In this document: positions 35,545-44,321 of the stretch, one piece after another
How the letters are laid out: every line of letters starts with the position of its first letter
How positions within the stretch are numbered: the stretch's first letter is position 1
Assembly (NCBI GenBank): GCA_963745235.1
Contig: CAVUXE010000057.1
Coordinates: 9,844-73,843 of the forward strand
Length of the DNA stretch: 64,000 bases
Source: an uncultured Spirochaetota bacterium
Lineage (GTDB): Bacteria; Spirochaetota; Spirochaetia; SZUA-6; Fen-1364
Direction of reading: 5' to 3'
The notes under the pieces: generated by a model
What the model was told of the DNA's origin: nothing
What the model saw: only the letters and a program-made list of their open reading frames with translations
The model's database searches: none
Made by a program: the position numbers and the translations under genes

Positions 35545-36048
35545 GTGGATCAGCAGACGACTGTCCTGGGAGAGACCCTGCGGGGGCGGATGGAGCGGGA
35601 GAAGGAGCTTTTTCTCGAGATGGGGCAGCAAGTCGAACGCCTTCGTGACTCGGTCCAGCGCAAGAGCTGGACAGCCGGGCTCGCCCTTGCCCAGGGCCTG
35701 GAGAGATTCGCCCTGACGATCGAGGAAGCTGACACCGAGCGAGACAAGGCCCTCTGCGCCCTCTGCGCCTCGCTGGGGCTTCCCGAGGACGCGGTCTTCT
35801 CTGCCGTGCTCTCACGAATGCCCGCTGGGCAGCGCAGGACGCTGGAAGAGAGCTGGCGAAACCTCCGTATGTCGGTCGTCCGGCTCGCAACGGCCACCAA
35901 CCGGCTCAGGTACTTCGCGGAGGCGCTCGCGGGGACGCTCGGCAGGATTCTGGAGGAGGTTTTCCCGCATCGAAGGGGCAAGATCTATTCCCGCCGCGGC
36001 AAGGCGACCAGCGTCAACGACTCGCTCCTGGTCGACAGAAGCCTGTAG
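35545..36048 (+). CDS. Putative FlgN-like flagellar export chaperone
   Basis: 167-aa helical protein immediately upstream of flgK, which is the position FlgN occupies in many flagellar operons. RBS GAGGAG precedes GTG 35545. The assignment rests on context only. Confidence 0.45.
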   Translation: MDQQTTVLGETLRGRMEREKELFLEMGQQVERLRDSVQRKSWTAGLALAQGLERFALTIEEADTERDKALCALCASLGLPEDAVFSAVLSRMPAGQRRTLEESWRNLRMSVVRLATATNRLRYFAEALAGTLGRILEEVFPHRRGKIYSRRGKATSVNDSLLVDRSL

Positions 36049-36057
36049 GAGGTCAGC

Positions 36058-37935
36058 GTGCAGTCCACCTTTGCCCCCATAGAGCTCGGCAAGCGCGGGC
36101 TCGTCGCCACGACCCAGGGGATACAGACCGTCGGTCACAACCTTTCCAACGCGTCCGTCGAAGGATACAGCAGGCAGCGCGTCGAGATGACTGCCAGCCC
36201 TCCGCTGTACGAGCCGCAGCTCAACCGCGAGCTCACCCCCGGCCAGATCGGCCAGGGCGTCGAGGTGTCACGGATCGAGCGTGTCAGGGACATGCTGCTG
36301 GAGGGCAGGATCGTTTCCGAGCAGAACATGCAGGGCTACTGGGACGCCCGGGACAAGTACATCCTCATGATGGAGCAGGTCTACAACGAGCCGACAGATC
36401 ATTCCGTGCGGACCCTCATGGACAGGTTCTGGGGGTCGTGGCAGGAGCTTTCGATCAATCCTACGGACATGGCGGCCCGGCGGTCAGTTCTGGAAAAGGG
36501 CAAATCTCTCATCGACGGCATCCACGAGCGGTATGCCCGGCTCAAGGGCATCCGGGACATGCTGGACGATGATGTGCGCGGCACCGTGAAGCAGGTCAAC
36601 GAGCTCACGACGGAAATTGCCGGCTTGAACAAGCAGATTCAGAAGATCCAGGCCCTCGGGGACAACCCCAACGACCTCAAGGACCGAAGGGATCTCCTGG
36701 TAGGCAGGCTGTCGGACCTCGTCGACATCTCCGTAACGTACAACGATCCGGCCGGGGAGCTCGTCATAGCCACGGGCGGCATGCACATCGTGCAGGGAGC
36801 CCACCACGAGGTGATCGGGCTGGATCCCGACAAGACGGACGAGGGATACTCGAAGCTCGTGTGGGACGACACTCGCGGACCCGTGAACCTCCGCGGCGGC
36901 AAGCTCGCCTCCCTGGTGCAGCTGCGCGACGGGGACGCCCGCACGGAGATCCAGAGCCTGGACCTCATGACGGTGAACTTTGTCGACCTCGTGAACGAGA
37001 TCCACCGCAAGGGCTTCGGCCTGAACGGGCAGACGGGAACCGACTTCTTCGTGGAGAGGCCATTCGTCTTCGACGTTGCCGGCAACTACGACCGGACGGG
37101 CAAAGGCGTCTTCGATTCCACGTGGCTCTTCAGGGTCACCGGCGCAAACGAGCTCAAGCCCACGGACCTCATCGGCCTGGCCGGGACCATCACGCTCCCC
37201 GGGCGCCAGGGAAACGTGACGGTGGACTACCATCCCACGGACACCGTCGAGGATCTCATCACGCGCATCAACCTTTCCGGCTCGGAGGTGGTGGCACGCC
37301 TGAACTCGGACGGGAAGCTTTCCCTCAAGGCCGTGCCGGCGGCTGACAACCGAAACCCCGATTTCGTCCTGCGTGGCATCGAGGACTCGGGGCAGTTCCT
37401 TGTCGGCTACAGCGGCATCCTGCGTCAGCCGGGCGCGGCGGGGGCATATTCGTGGAACCAGGCAAACGCGGTGCAGGCGCTTCGCCCGGATGCGCAGTTT
37501 GCGGTGGCTCCCCTGGCCCATCCGGCGGGCTGGATCAGCGTGAACGACCGCGTGGTGGAGGACCCGGGGACCATCGCGGCCGCCTCCGGGACGGCGGGGG
37601 TTTCGAACGGGATCGGAGACGGAACGGCTGCGCTCGCCATTGCGCAGCTTCGGACCACGCCGGTGATGGTCGGATCGGTCTCGACATTCGACGGCTATTT
37701 CGCGGACAGGGTTGCGGCCGTCGGCCTGAAGGGTGACGAAGCATCGCGGAGCATGGACACCACGAAGCTCGTGATGAAGGAGCTGAAGGACATGCGGGAG
37801 TCACTGTCGGGGGTGAACCAGGATGAGGAGCTCACCAAGATGATCACCTACCAGAACGCCTACTCCGCCATCGCCCGGTTCGTGACAACCTTCGACCAGA
37901 TGCTGCAAGTCATCATCAACAGGATGGGTGTGTAA
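36058..37935 (+). CDS. flgK: Flagellar hook-associated protein 1
   Basis: N-terminus ..LVATTQGIQTVGHNLSNASVEGYSRQRVE and C-terminus ..MITYQNAYSAIARFVTTFDQML. GTG start after AGGAGG. Confidence 0.9.
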   Translation: MQSTFAPIELGKRGLVATTQGIQTVGHNLSNASVEGYSRQRVEMTASPPLYEPQLNRELTPGQIGQGVEVSRIERVRDMLLEGRIVSEQNMQGYWDARDKYILMMEQVYNEPTDHSVRTLMDRFWGSWQELSINPTDMAARRSVLEKGKSLIDGIHERYARLKGIRDMLDDDVRGTVKQVNELTTEIAGLNKQIQKIQALGDNPNDLKDRRDLLVGRLSDLVDISVTYNDPAGELVIATGGMHIVQGAHHEVIGLDPDKTDEGYSKLVWDDTRGPVNLRGGKLASLVQLRDGDARTEIQSLDLMTVNFVDLVNEIHRKGFGLNGQTGTDFFVERPFVFDVAGNYDRTGKGVFDSTWLFRVTGANELKPTDLIGLAGTITLPGRQGNVTVDYHPTDTVEDLITRINLSGSEVVARLNSDGKLSLKAVPAADNRNPDFVLRGIEDSGQFLVGYSGILRQPGAAGAYSWNQANAVQALRPDAQFAVAPLAHPAGWISVNDRVVEDPGTIAAASGTAGVSNGIGDGTAALAIAQLRTTPVMVGSVSTFDGYFADRVAAVGLKGDEASRSMDTTKLVMKELKDMRESLSGVNQDEELTKMITYQNAYSAIARFVTTFDQMLQVIINRMGV

Positions 37936-37945
37936 GGGGACCTGA

Positions 37946-39196
37946 ATGAAACGGATAAGCTCACAGTTGCCCACATACGACAGCAACTACTATACGCGCC
38001 TGCGCGAGTATGACATGAACGAGATGTACGGGAAGATCGGCGGGCAGACGCGCATCAGCAAGCTGCGTGACGACCCGATGGCCGCCTCGCGCTCGACGCG
38101 CTTCCAGTCGGAGATCCTGCGCAACGAGCGCTACGGGAAGAACGTGGAGAGCGTCCGCGGCACCATCGCCACGGCGGAGGGAGACCTGCGCAGCGCCATG
38201 GACGTCCTGCAGCGCATTCGTGAGCTGGGCGTGCAGGGGGCGAACGGCACGCTGGACAAGACGCAGATGGGGTATCTCGGCCAGGAGGTGGATCAGCTCC
38301 TGGGGGAGCTTCTCACCGTCGCCAATACCAAGGACCAGAACGGCAACTATCTCTTCGCGGGGACCGCGTCACGGACGACGCCATTCAGGCTGACCATGGG
38401 GCGCGTGGCGGGGGGAGACGGTGACAAGGTGGTCTCCGTCGACTACATGGGGAACATCGGGCGGAACGCCGCGGAGATCTCCGAGGGGGCCCAGGTGGGG
38501 ATCAACCTGCCGGGCAACGTCGCTTTCTGGGCGGAGCAGCAGCAGATCTATTCGACGGTGGACGGGAGCCAGTACCGCGTGCAAAGAGATCAGTCCATCC
38601 GGATCGACGGCACAGAGATCCACCTCGCCACCGGCGACACGTTGAGCGCCGTTGCGGCGAAGATCAACGACGCGAGCGTCCCCGTGCGGGCCCGCATAGA
38701 TCCCGTGGCGGGCGCCCTGGTGCTTGAAACCACGGTGGCCCACCAGATCTGGGCGGAAGACCTGGGCGGCGGCACGGTGCTCCAGGACCTCGGGATCCTT
38801 GCCCCCGGCGGAAGCCACCCGCCTCTCAACGTCGCCCAGAGCGCCCGCGTTTTCGGGGGATCGATCTTCGACATGGTGATTGCCCTGCGAAACGCACTCT
38901 ACGAGGGCTCCTCGGAGAAAGTCAGCACGGCGGGCCTTCGCGGCCTGGAGAGCTCGATCACCAACATGGCCGGCGTCCTGGGCGATATTGGCGCGCGGGA
39001 CAACCGCCTGGAGGCAACGGCCAAGAGGCTGGAATACGAGAAGCCGGTGCTGGTGGGGTTCGATTCCCAGGAACGGGACCTGGACATGGCGGATGCGATA
39101 ACGCAGCTGAAGACGCTGGAGTACACCCAGGAGGCGGCGCTGTCCGCCACTGCGCGGGCCCTGAACCGCCCGAAGCTCCTCGATTTCCTGAGGTAG
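37946..39196 (+). CDS. flgL: Flagellar hook-associated protein 3
   Basis: Flagellin-like N- and C-terminal helices (..LQRIRELGVQGANGT.., ..AITQLKTLEYTQEAALSATA..), directly after flgK. Confidence 0.88.
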   Translation: MKRISSQLPTYDSNYYTRLREYDMNEMYGKIGGQTRISKLRDDPMAASRSTRFQSEILRNERYGKNVESVRGTIATAEGDLRSAMDVLQRIRELGVQGANGTLDKTQMGYLGQEVDQLLGELLTVANTKDQNGNYLFAGTASRTTPFRLTMGRVAGGDGDKVVSVDYMGNIGRNAAEISEGAQVGINLPGNVAFWAEQQQIYSTVDGSQYRVQRDQSIRIDGTEIHLATGDTLSAVAAKINDASVPVRARIDPVAGALVLETTVAHQIWAEDLGGGTVLQDLGILAPGGSHPPLNVAQSARVFGGSIFDMVIALRNALYEGSSEKVSTAGLRGLESSITNMAGVLGDIGARDNRLEATAKRLEYEKPVLVGFDSQERDLDMADAITQLKTLEYTQEAALSATARALNRPKLLDFLR

Positions 39197-39199
39197 CAG

Positions 39200-39652
39200 A
39201 TGACGATGAAGATCCGCACCAAGCCATACGGCGAGATGGAGATTGCAGACAGGCAGAGGCTCATCTTTCCCCGGGGCATCTTCGGGTTCGAGGAGTTGCG
39301 TGAGTTCGCGCTCCTGGACTCCGCCCAGACCCCGTTCTACTGGCTGCAGTCCCTGCAGCGCGTGGAGATTGCCTTCGTCCTGATAGACCCGCACTTCTTC
39401 CGTCCCGACTACACTCCGGACGTGGATCCCGCGGAGCTGCAGGAGATCGAGATCCGGGGCCCCGAAGACATGCTCGTCTTCGCCATCGTTACAATCCCCG
39501 AGGACTCCTCACGCATGACGGCCAACCTCCAGGGACCCCTCCTCATCAACAGGCGCACCAGCGTCGGGCGCCAGTCCATCAGCACCAATCCGCTCTGGGG
39601 TGTGCGCCACACCATCCTCGAGGAGCTGGCGCTCGCGCGACGGGGAGCCTGA
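39200..39652 (+). CDS. fliW: Flagellar assembly factor FliW
   Basis: IFPRGIFGFEELREFALLD, FYWLQS, FVLIDP and ANLQGPLLIN. Its stop overlaps the csrA start (TGATG). Confidence 0.9.
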   Translation: MTMKIRTKPYGEMEIADRQRLIFPRGIFGFEELREFALLDSAQTPFYWLQSLQRVEIAFVLIDPHFFRPDYTPDVDPAELQEIEIRGPEDMLVFAIVTIPEDSSRMTANLQGPLLINRRTSVGRQSISTNPLWGVRHTILEELALARRGA

Positions 39653-40131
39653 TGCTGATCCTTGCGCGGCGGATCGGTGAAAGCATCATGGTCGGGGACC
39701 AGGTGGAGATCTCCGTTGTCGACATCAAGGGAGATCAGGTGAAGCTTGGCATCAATGCTCCCTCCCAGGTGAAGGTGTACCGGCGCGAGGTGTACTCCGC
39801 CATCCAGGAGGAGAACCGTGCCGCGGCCGCGGCCGCCCCCCGGAGCCTCCCGCATATCGAGGGTCTGCTGGAGAAAAAGGAGAGCACGGAAGGGTCCAAA
39901 GGGGCCCCCGGGAAGGGCTCCCCAAGGGGCCCCCAGGGAAGGGCCCAAGGGCGATCCGCGGGAAGGGCCCAAGGGCGGCAGTCGAGACGAGCCGAAGCCG
40001 GGCCCTACGGGGAATCCACGAGCCCGCTGAAGATCTGGTCGAAACGGTCCGCAATTTCCAGGAACCTGTCCGCGAGGAAAGGATCGAAGTGCGTTGCCCG
40101 TTCCGCGCGGATGGTCTCCACCGCCCTCTGA
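39652..40131 (+). CDS. csrA: Carbon storage regulator CsrA with an atypically long, low-complexity C-terminal extension; 3' end uncertain
   Basis: MLILARRIGESIMVGDQVEISVVDIKGDQVKLGINAPSQVKVYRREVY..IQEENR is canonical CsrA of about 60 aa. The ORF then runs about 100 more codons through a repeat tract and 127 nt into the convergent HD-GYP gene. A one-base frame change inside the repeats would end it at 40030. Confidence 0.8.
   Translation: MLILARRIGESIMVGDQVEISVVDIKGDQVKLGINAPSQVKVYRREVYSAIQEENRAAAAAAPRSLPHIEGLLEKKESTEGSKGAPGKGSPRGPQGRAQGRSAGRAQGRQSRRAEAGPYGESTSPLKIWSKRSAISRNLSARKGSKCVARSARMVSTAL
39888..39985 (+). repeat. Four imperfect tandem repeats starting GGAAGGG within the csrA tail
   Basis: Units start at 39888, 39911, 39937 and 39961 (periods 23, 26 and 24 nt). 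Depending on frame they encode EGSKGAPG / KGSPRGPQ / EGPKGDPR / EGPKGGSR. Confidence 0.75.
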
Positions 40132-41138
40132 TGGGTGAAAGCCTCCTTGTACGGGCGACGCATCCGCAGCGCGTCGTAAACGTCCGCCAGGGCGACAATG
40201 CGGGCGGACAGCGGAATAAGGTCCTCGTTCAGGCCGTGGGGGTAGCCGGTGCCGTCCCAGCGCTCGTGGTGGCGCAGGGCAATCTCGCTGGCCATGGGGT
40301 TGGGATAGGTTGAGAGGATGTACGCCCCGTTCTTCGTGTGCTCCTTCATCACTTCCCATTCCCAGCTCTCCAGGGGGCCAGCCTTGTTGAGGATGTCGTC
40401 AGGAGTCCCGATCTTCCCCATGTCATGCAGTGCGGCCACCTGGCCGATGCTCTCCACGAACTGCTGATCCACCTCCGGAGTCTCAGCTCGTCCATGGAGG
40501 TCTTCTGCGAGAGCCCGGGCGTAGAGATCCACTCTTTCGACATGATACCCCGTGTCGTTGTCCTTGAGACGCGCCGCCTGCAGGAGGCTGGCGAACGTGT
40601 TCTGGAGCAGCTGACGGTATTCCGTTGAAATGTCGAGGCAGACGGCGCAGAACGCGCGCGGCTGCTCCAGCATCGCGTGCGCGGCGATGGTGCCAGCCTG
40701 CGCCGTTGATGAGACGGGGAGGACCCATATCTTGGATACATTGAGGAGCTGATCCACGCCTGTCTTTTCCACCCGTCCGTTCCACATGAAGCCGGTGGCC
40801 GGAGAGAGGATTGCGCGGAAGAGCTCGCTGCTTCGTTTCTCATCGAAGAACGAGGCATAGAACTGGGTAAAGTACTGGCCCAGGACCTCCTCCCCGCACC
40901 CGAACAGGAGGCAGAAGCTCTCGTTCGCCGTGATGATCTTCAGGCTGCCGTCGAGAAAGAGGCTTGGGATCCGTTCGGTGAGGAAGCTTGTCTTCCATTG
41001 ACGAAACTCAGCGGAGTCGAGGATCGAGGTGCCTTCGCTCTTCCCCGTCGAAAGCTCATCCAGGCTTTCTACATCGACCGCCTGGTCCACCCCAGGCTCA
41101 CTGTTCGTTTCATCCATTGCCTTTTCCCGCTCATTCAC
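40005..41138 (-). CDS. HD-GYP domain c-di-GMP phosphodiesterase with an N-terminal PAS-like sensor
   Basis: HVERV, LHDMGKIG and HHERWDGTGYPHGL (HD-GYP signature); 377 aa. Confidence 0.85.
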   Translation of the reverse strand: MNEREKAMDETNSEPGVDQAVDVESLDELSTGKSEGTSILDSAEFRQWKTSFLTERIPSLFLDGSLKIITANESFCLLFGCGEEVLGQYFTQFYASFFDEKRSSELFRAILSPATGFMWNGRVEKTGVDQLLNVSKIWVLPVSSTAQAGTIAAHAMLEQPRAFCAVCLDISTEYRQLLQNTFASLLQAARLKDNDTGYHVERVDLYARALAEDLHGRAETPEVDQQFVESIGQVAALHDMGKIGTPDDILNKAGPLESWEWEVMKEHTKNGAYILSTYPNPMASEIALRHHERWDGTGYPHGLNEDLIPLSARIVALADVYDALRMRRPYKEAFTHQRAVETIRAERATHFDPFLADRFLEIADRFDQIFSGLVDSP

Positions 41139-41806
41139 ATCCCGCTCGCAATCTCTGCTTCGCTCTTCCTGAGGTACAGGGGGCGCAGGGGGAGGGGGTC
41201 AGCTCCTTCCCTTTCCATCTTTGCCACTCCGAGGCGCAGGAGCGCCCGCGGGTCCAGGAGCTCCGCGCACGGCACCGCGCCGGCCGGTTCTCCCAGGAGC
41301 GCCCGGATCCTGCACGCATCAGGACCGGCAAGAAGCGGGTCTTTCGCCGAAACAAGCCGCGCGGCCAGCGCCGCCGGCGTCAGATCCAGGTAATCGCTGC
41401 GACGCGTCCCCGCAATGAAGAGAGCCGTGTAAATCTTGCCTTTGCGGGCGTCGATGACAGCATACACCTCCCCCGCGCGGGATTGCCAGGGCTCTGCAAT
41501 CGCATCAAGGGTGGAGACTCCCACCACGGGGATCCCGCGCGCGCTGGAGATCCCCAGAGCGGTGGCAAGCCCGATACGTATCCCCGTGAAGGAGCCGGGC
41601 CCAATGGAGCAGACGATGAGATCCAGGCTGGCGGCCGTGAGGCCGAGGCGGACGAGGAGCGTATCCACCAGGGGGAGAAGGGAAGGTGAGTGCTGAAGGC
41701 CCTGCCGGAGGGCAAGAGAAGCCCATGCTCCGGAAGCGCACACGCTGATTGCAAGCACCTCCGTGGAGGTGTCCACGGCGAGAACGTTGCCGTTCACGTG
41801 ATGCAT
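41135..41806 (-). CDS. tsaB: tRNA t6A37 biosynthesis protein TsaB
   Basis: VLAIDTSTEVLAISV and IVCSIGPGSFTGIRIGLATALG. Confidence 0.85.
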   Translation of the reverse strand: MHHVNGNVLAVDTSTEVLAISVCASGAWASLALRQGLQHSPSLLPLVDTLLVRLGLTAASLDLIVCSIGPGSFTGIRIGLATALGISSARGIPVVGVSTLDAIAEPWQSRAGEVYAVIDARKGKIYTALFIAGTRRSDYLDLTPAALAARLVSAKDPLLAGPDACRIRALLGEPAGAVPCAELLDPRALLRLGVAKMEREGADPLPLRPLYLRKSEAEIASGM

Positions 41807-42267
41807 TCCTCCACAAGGATGTCGCGGCCGCCGTCCGGGGCCAGTCCGACAGAAATGCGGGTATGGGGGACGTCAAGCGGCTCCAGCTTTTCTCCCCATT
41901 CGACCACGACAATCGAATCCCCGCGCAGAATGTCCTCAAGGCCGAGATTCTCCATCTGGTCCCGGCCATCTATCCGATACAGGTCGACGTGATACAACGT
42001 GACTCCCTGGCTTCGATACTCCGAGATGATGGTGTAGGTGGGGCTCGAGATTTCCTCCCGGATACCGAGCCCGCGGGCCATTCCCTTTGCAAGGACTGTC
42101 TTGCCTGCTCCCAGGGGGCCAATCAGCAGCACGACTGCCCCGGGGGAGAGCGCGGCACCCAGCCGTTCACCGAGGGCGAGGGTGTCCCCTGGTGCGGCGC
42201 AGTGATGCCGGGCTGAGGACAGAGTACTCACGGTCGGCAGAGTAGTGGAAACGTATCCGGCGGTCAA
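41794..42267 (-). CDS. tsaE: tRNA t6A37 biosynthesis ATPase TsaE
   Basis: LIGPLGAGKTVLAKG, SPTYTII and LYHVDLYR. Confidence 0.85.
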   Translation of the reverse strand: MTAGYVSTTLPTVSTLSSARHHCAAPGDTLALGERLGAALSPGAVVLLIGPLGAGKTVLAKGMARGLGIREEISSPTYTIISEYRSQGVTLYHVDLYRIDGRDQMENLGLEDILRGDSIVVVEWGEKLEPLDVPHTRISVGLAPDGGRDILVEECIT

Positions 42268-42278
42268 TGGCGGCCGTC

Positions 42279-43439
42279 TCAGCCAGCGCGCCGGGGGATT
42301 GTCCTCTGGACTTGTTGCCTGGCCTGCGCGACCGTCGTTGGCCTGCTGAAGTTGTACACGAACTCACTGATGCGGTTCAGGTGCTGGCGGGTGACCTTGG
42401 TGAACATGACGTGCATGGAGCCGCCGCGTCCTATCTTTCGGCGGGCGCTCATCACCTTGCCGAACGCCCGGATCGGCGCTTTGCGGTCGATATCGAACTC
42501 CACCATGACGAGCTTTCCCTTTTCGAAGGGTTTCGTGGTCTGGATTGCGCAGCCGCCCGCGGAGAGATCGACGACGGTTCCCAGCGCGCGCATGCTCCTC
42601 TCCACGCTCGCCTTCTTCTGCATCGTGCGGCCCTCCATGACTTCCGTGATGCGGATGGGGTAGAAGAAGCAGGAGCGCATAAGCTCCCGGCGCCTGCTCC
42701 TGCGGCGCTGCTCCCGCCGGATGGTCTTTGAGTGCTGGATGAGCACGCAGGAGATCCCCTTGACGGTGTCATACCCCAGCACCTTGGAGGGGAAGGAATA
42801 GCCGGCGTCGTTGTCGCGCCAGAGATACACGGAAAGGCCCGTCCCGCGCATCCACCTCGTGTCGGCTCCGGCCGTGGCCTGCGGCGCCGCCACGGTGAGG
42901 AAATCCTTCATGTTGGAGACGAGCCTGCTCGCGAAGGGGCTTCCGCCCTGCGGCGTGATTGTCAGGACCTGCCCGGGCTTCAGCAGGATGGTCGAGCTCA
43001 GCGTGGCCCCGCGGCGCGCGTTTCGCTCGATGATCTGCTTGATCTGGAAGATGATGGCGGCGCGCTTTTCCCGCTCCTCCTCCGTGACGCCCCGCGCATT
43101 CTGGAGCGAGTAGAGGCCTTTCTTCAGGGTGTCGTCCAGAAGCCCGACGCTCGTGAAGACCAGGGTCGGCTGCTTGACCTTGCATGCGACAACCAGGTTT
43201 TCCAGCATGTCGACGTGCGCCGGAGGCAGGCCGAGGGACTTGGCGGTGCGGCGGAACGCCGTGCTGGAATAGCGGGCCTCGTCGGCCGCCGTGCGCGGCC
43301 GGCTCCTGCGGTTGATGACGGCCGCAACCAGGATGAGCAGCGCGACACCGGCAATCACCGCCGCGAAGGAAATGATGATGCTTCGCGAGCTGCTTCCCGG
43401 GCCGCCCAGGAACTGGTAGGCCGTCTGCAGCGCTATCAT
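42279..43439 (-). CDS. Membrane-anchored YcgR/MotI-like PilZ-domain protein (putative flagellar brake)
   Basis: N-terminal TM segment (IIISFAAVIAGVALLILVAAVI), a central PilZN-like region, then RREQRRRSRRR (RxxxR) and DLSAGG (DxSxxG). Confidence 0.7.
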   Translation of the reverse strand: MIALQTAYQFLGGPGSSSRSIIISFAAVIAGVALLILVAAVINRRSRPRTAADEARYSSTAFRRTAKSLGLPPAHVDMLENLVVACKVKQPTLVFTSVGLLDDTLKKGLYSLQNARGVTEEEREKRAAIIFQIKQIIERNARRGATLSSTILLKPGQVLTITPQGGSPFASRLVSNMKDFLTVAAPQATAGADTRWMRGTGLSVYLWRDNDAGYSFPSKVLGYDTVKGISCVLIQHSKTIRREQRRRSRRRELMRSCFFYPIRITEVMEGRTMQKKASVERSMRALGTVVDLSAGGCAIQTTKPFEKGKLVMVEFDIDRKAPIRAFGKVMSARRKIGRGGSMHVMFTKVTRQHLNRISEFVYNFSRPTTVAQARQQVQRTIPRRAG

Positions 43440-44068
43440 GCGCCCCCCTCCAGGAGCGGCATGAGGCGCGTCATGCGGGGAGCGATCTCGTATTCAAGAA
43501 GGTCGCCGATGAGCACTGAGTCCTTCGCGTTGAAAGCCGCCACCAGGTCGCGGAGGACCGGAGTCAGGTCCGCGATCATGCGCCCCCGCTCCGCATCCGG
43601 GGGGAGGAAGGGGACCAGGGAAAGCATGGAATGCACCGTGTCGGTGAACCCTATGACGGTCTCCATTGCGGCCTTGTCTTTTCCCGTCTGGAGAAGCACG
43701 GACACCTCGGGGAGACTGTCCACGCGCGCGCGCAGGTCCGAAAGGCATCTCGCAAGGGCCTCACGTGGCTGCGCCGCGTCCGCGATCCGCTTCGATAACT
43801 CCTCGCGGAGCAGTCCAACCAGAGCGACCGCATTCTGGCGCTGCTCCGGGGACCAGCGGCGCATGTCCGCCGGCTGAACCCCTTCGAACAGGCGAATGAA
43901 CCTGTCCAGGGCGTCCGCGCCCGGTGGGAGAAACGGGTTGGCGCGGATGCCGTCCACGGTCTCCGAAAGATTCGAAAGCAGCTCCTCCAGAACGGGACCG
44001 GGGGCCCTGATCTCGTCCGCGAACATGCCGAGCCACTGGTCCAGGGTCTGCCAGTGCTCCACTTTCAT
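43436..44068 (-). CDS. Hypothetical helical protein in the filament operon
   Basis: 210-aa ORF with a 4-nt overlap onto the PilZ gene start. I recognised no family. Confidence 0.5.
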   Translation of the reverse strand: MKVEHWQTLDQWLGMFADEIRAPGPVLEELLSNLSETVDGIRANPFLPPGADALDRFIRLFEGVQPADMRRWSPEQRQNAVALVGLLREELSKRIADAAQPREALARCLSDLRARVDSLPEVSVLLQTGKDKAAMETVIGFTDTVHSMLSLVPFLPPDAERGRMIADLTPVLRDLVAAFNAKDSVLIGDLLEYEIAPRMTRLMPLLEGGA

Positions 44069-44099
44069 GTCAGCGGTGTGAAGGGCCTGGATCTCTATT

Positions 44100-44297
44100 T
44101 CATTCGACGGAATCCACAGCGGTGCCTCCCCAGATGCCTGCCGGCATGGACAACAGGTCCTGCCCGTCGGCCTGCAGGCCCGTGATGACGAATCCGGCCG
44201 CGCCGAGCCATGCCTGGACGCCGCTCATCACCTCGGCGAGGGTCTTCTCCTTTTCCAGGGAAAAGCTGACCTGTTCACCGTTGATTTTCAGCAGCAC
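44100..44297 (-). CDS. Small hypothetical protein (65 aa), possibly the N-terminal part of the next ORF
   Basis: Begins MLLKINGEQVSFSLEKEKTLAEVM (beta-grasp-like start). The downstream ORF's frame stays open upstream across the stop (..APLWIPSNEIEIQALHTADMKVEHW), and a GGGG run sits nearby. Confidence 0.35.
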   Translation of the reverse strand: MLLKINGEQVSFSLEKEKTLAEVMSGVQAWLGAAGFVITGLQADGQDLLSMPAGIWGGTAVDSVE

Positions 44298-44321
44298 GAG
44301 AGGCTCCTTTTCGTCCCGGCA

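Noticed and set aside
39818-40030. ORF 39818..40030(+) with collagen-like GPKG repeats, considered as an independent gene.
   Set aside because: It is an alternative frame of the csrA tail repeats and has no start context of its own. It is better explained as the continuation of csrA after a one-base frame change.
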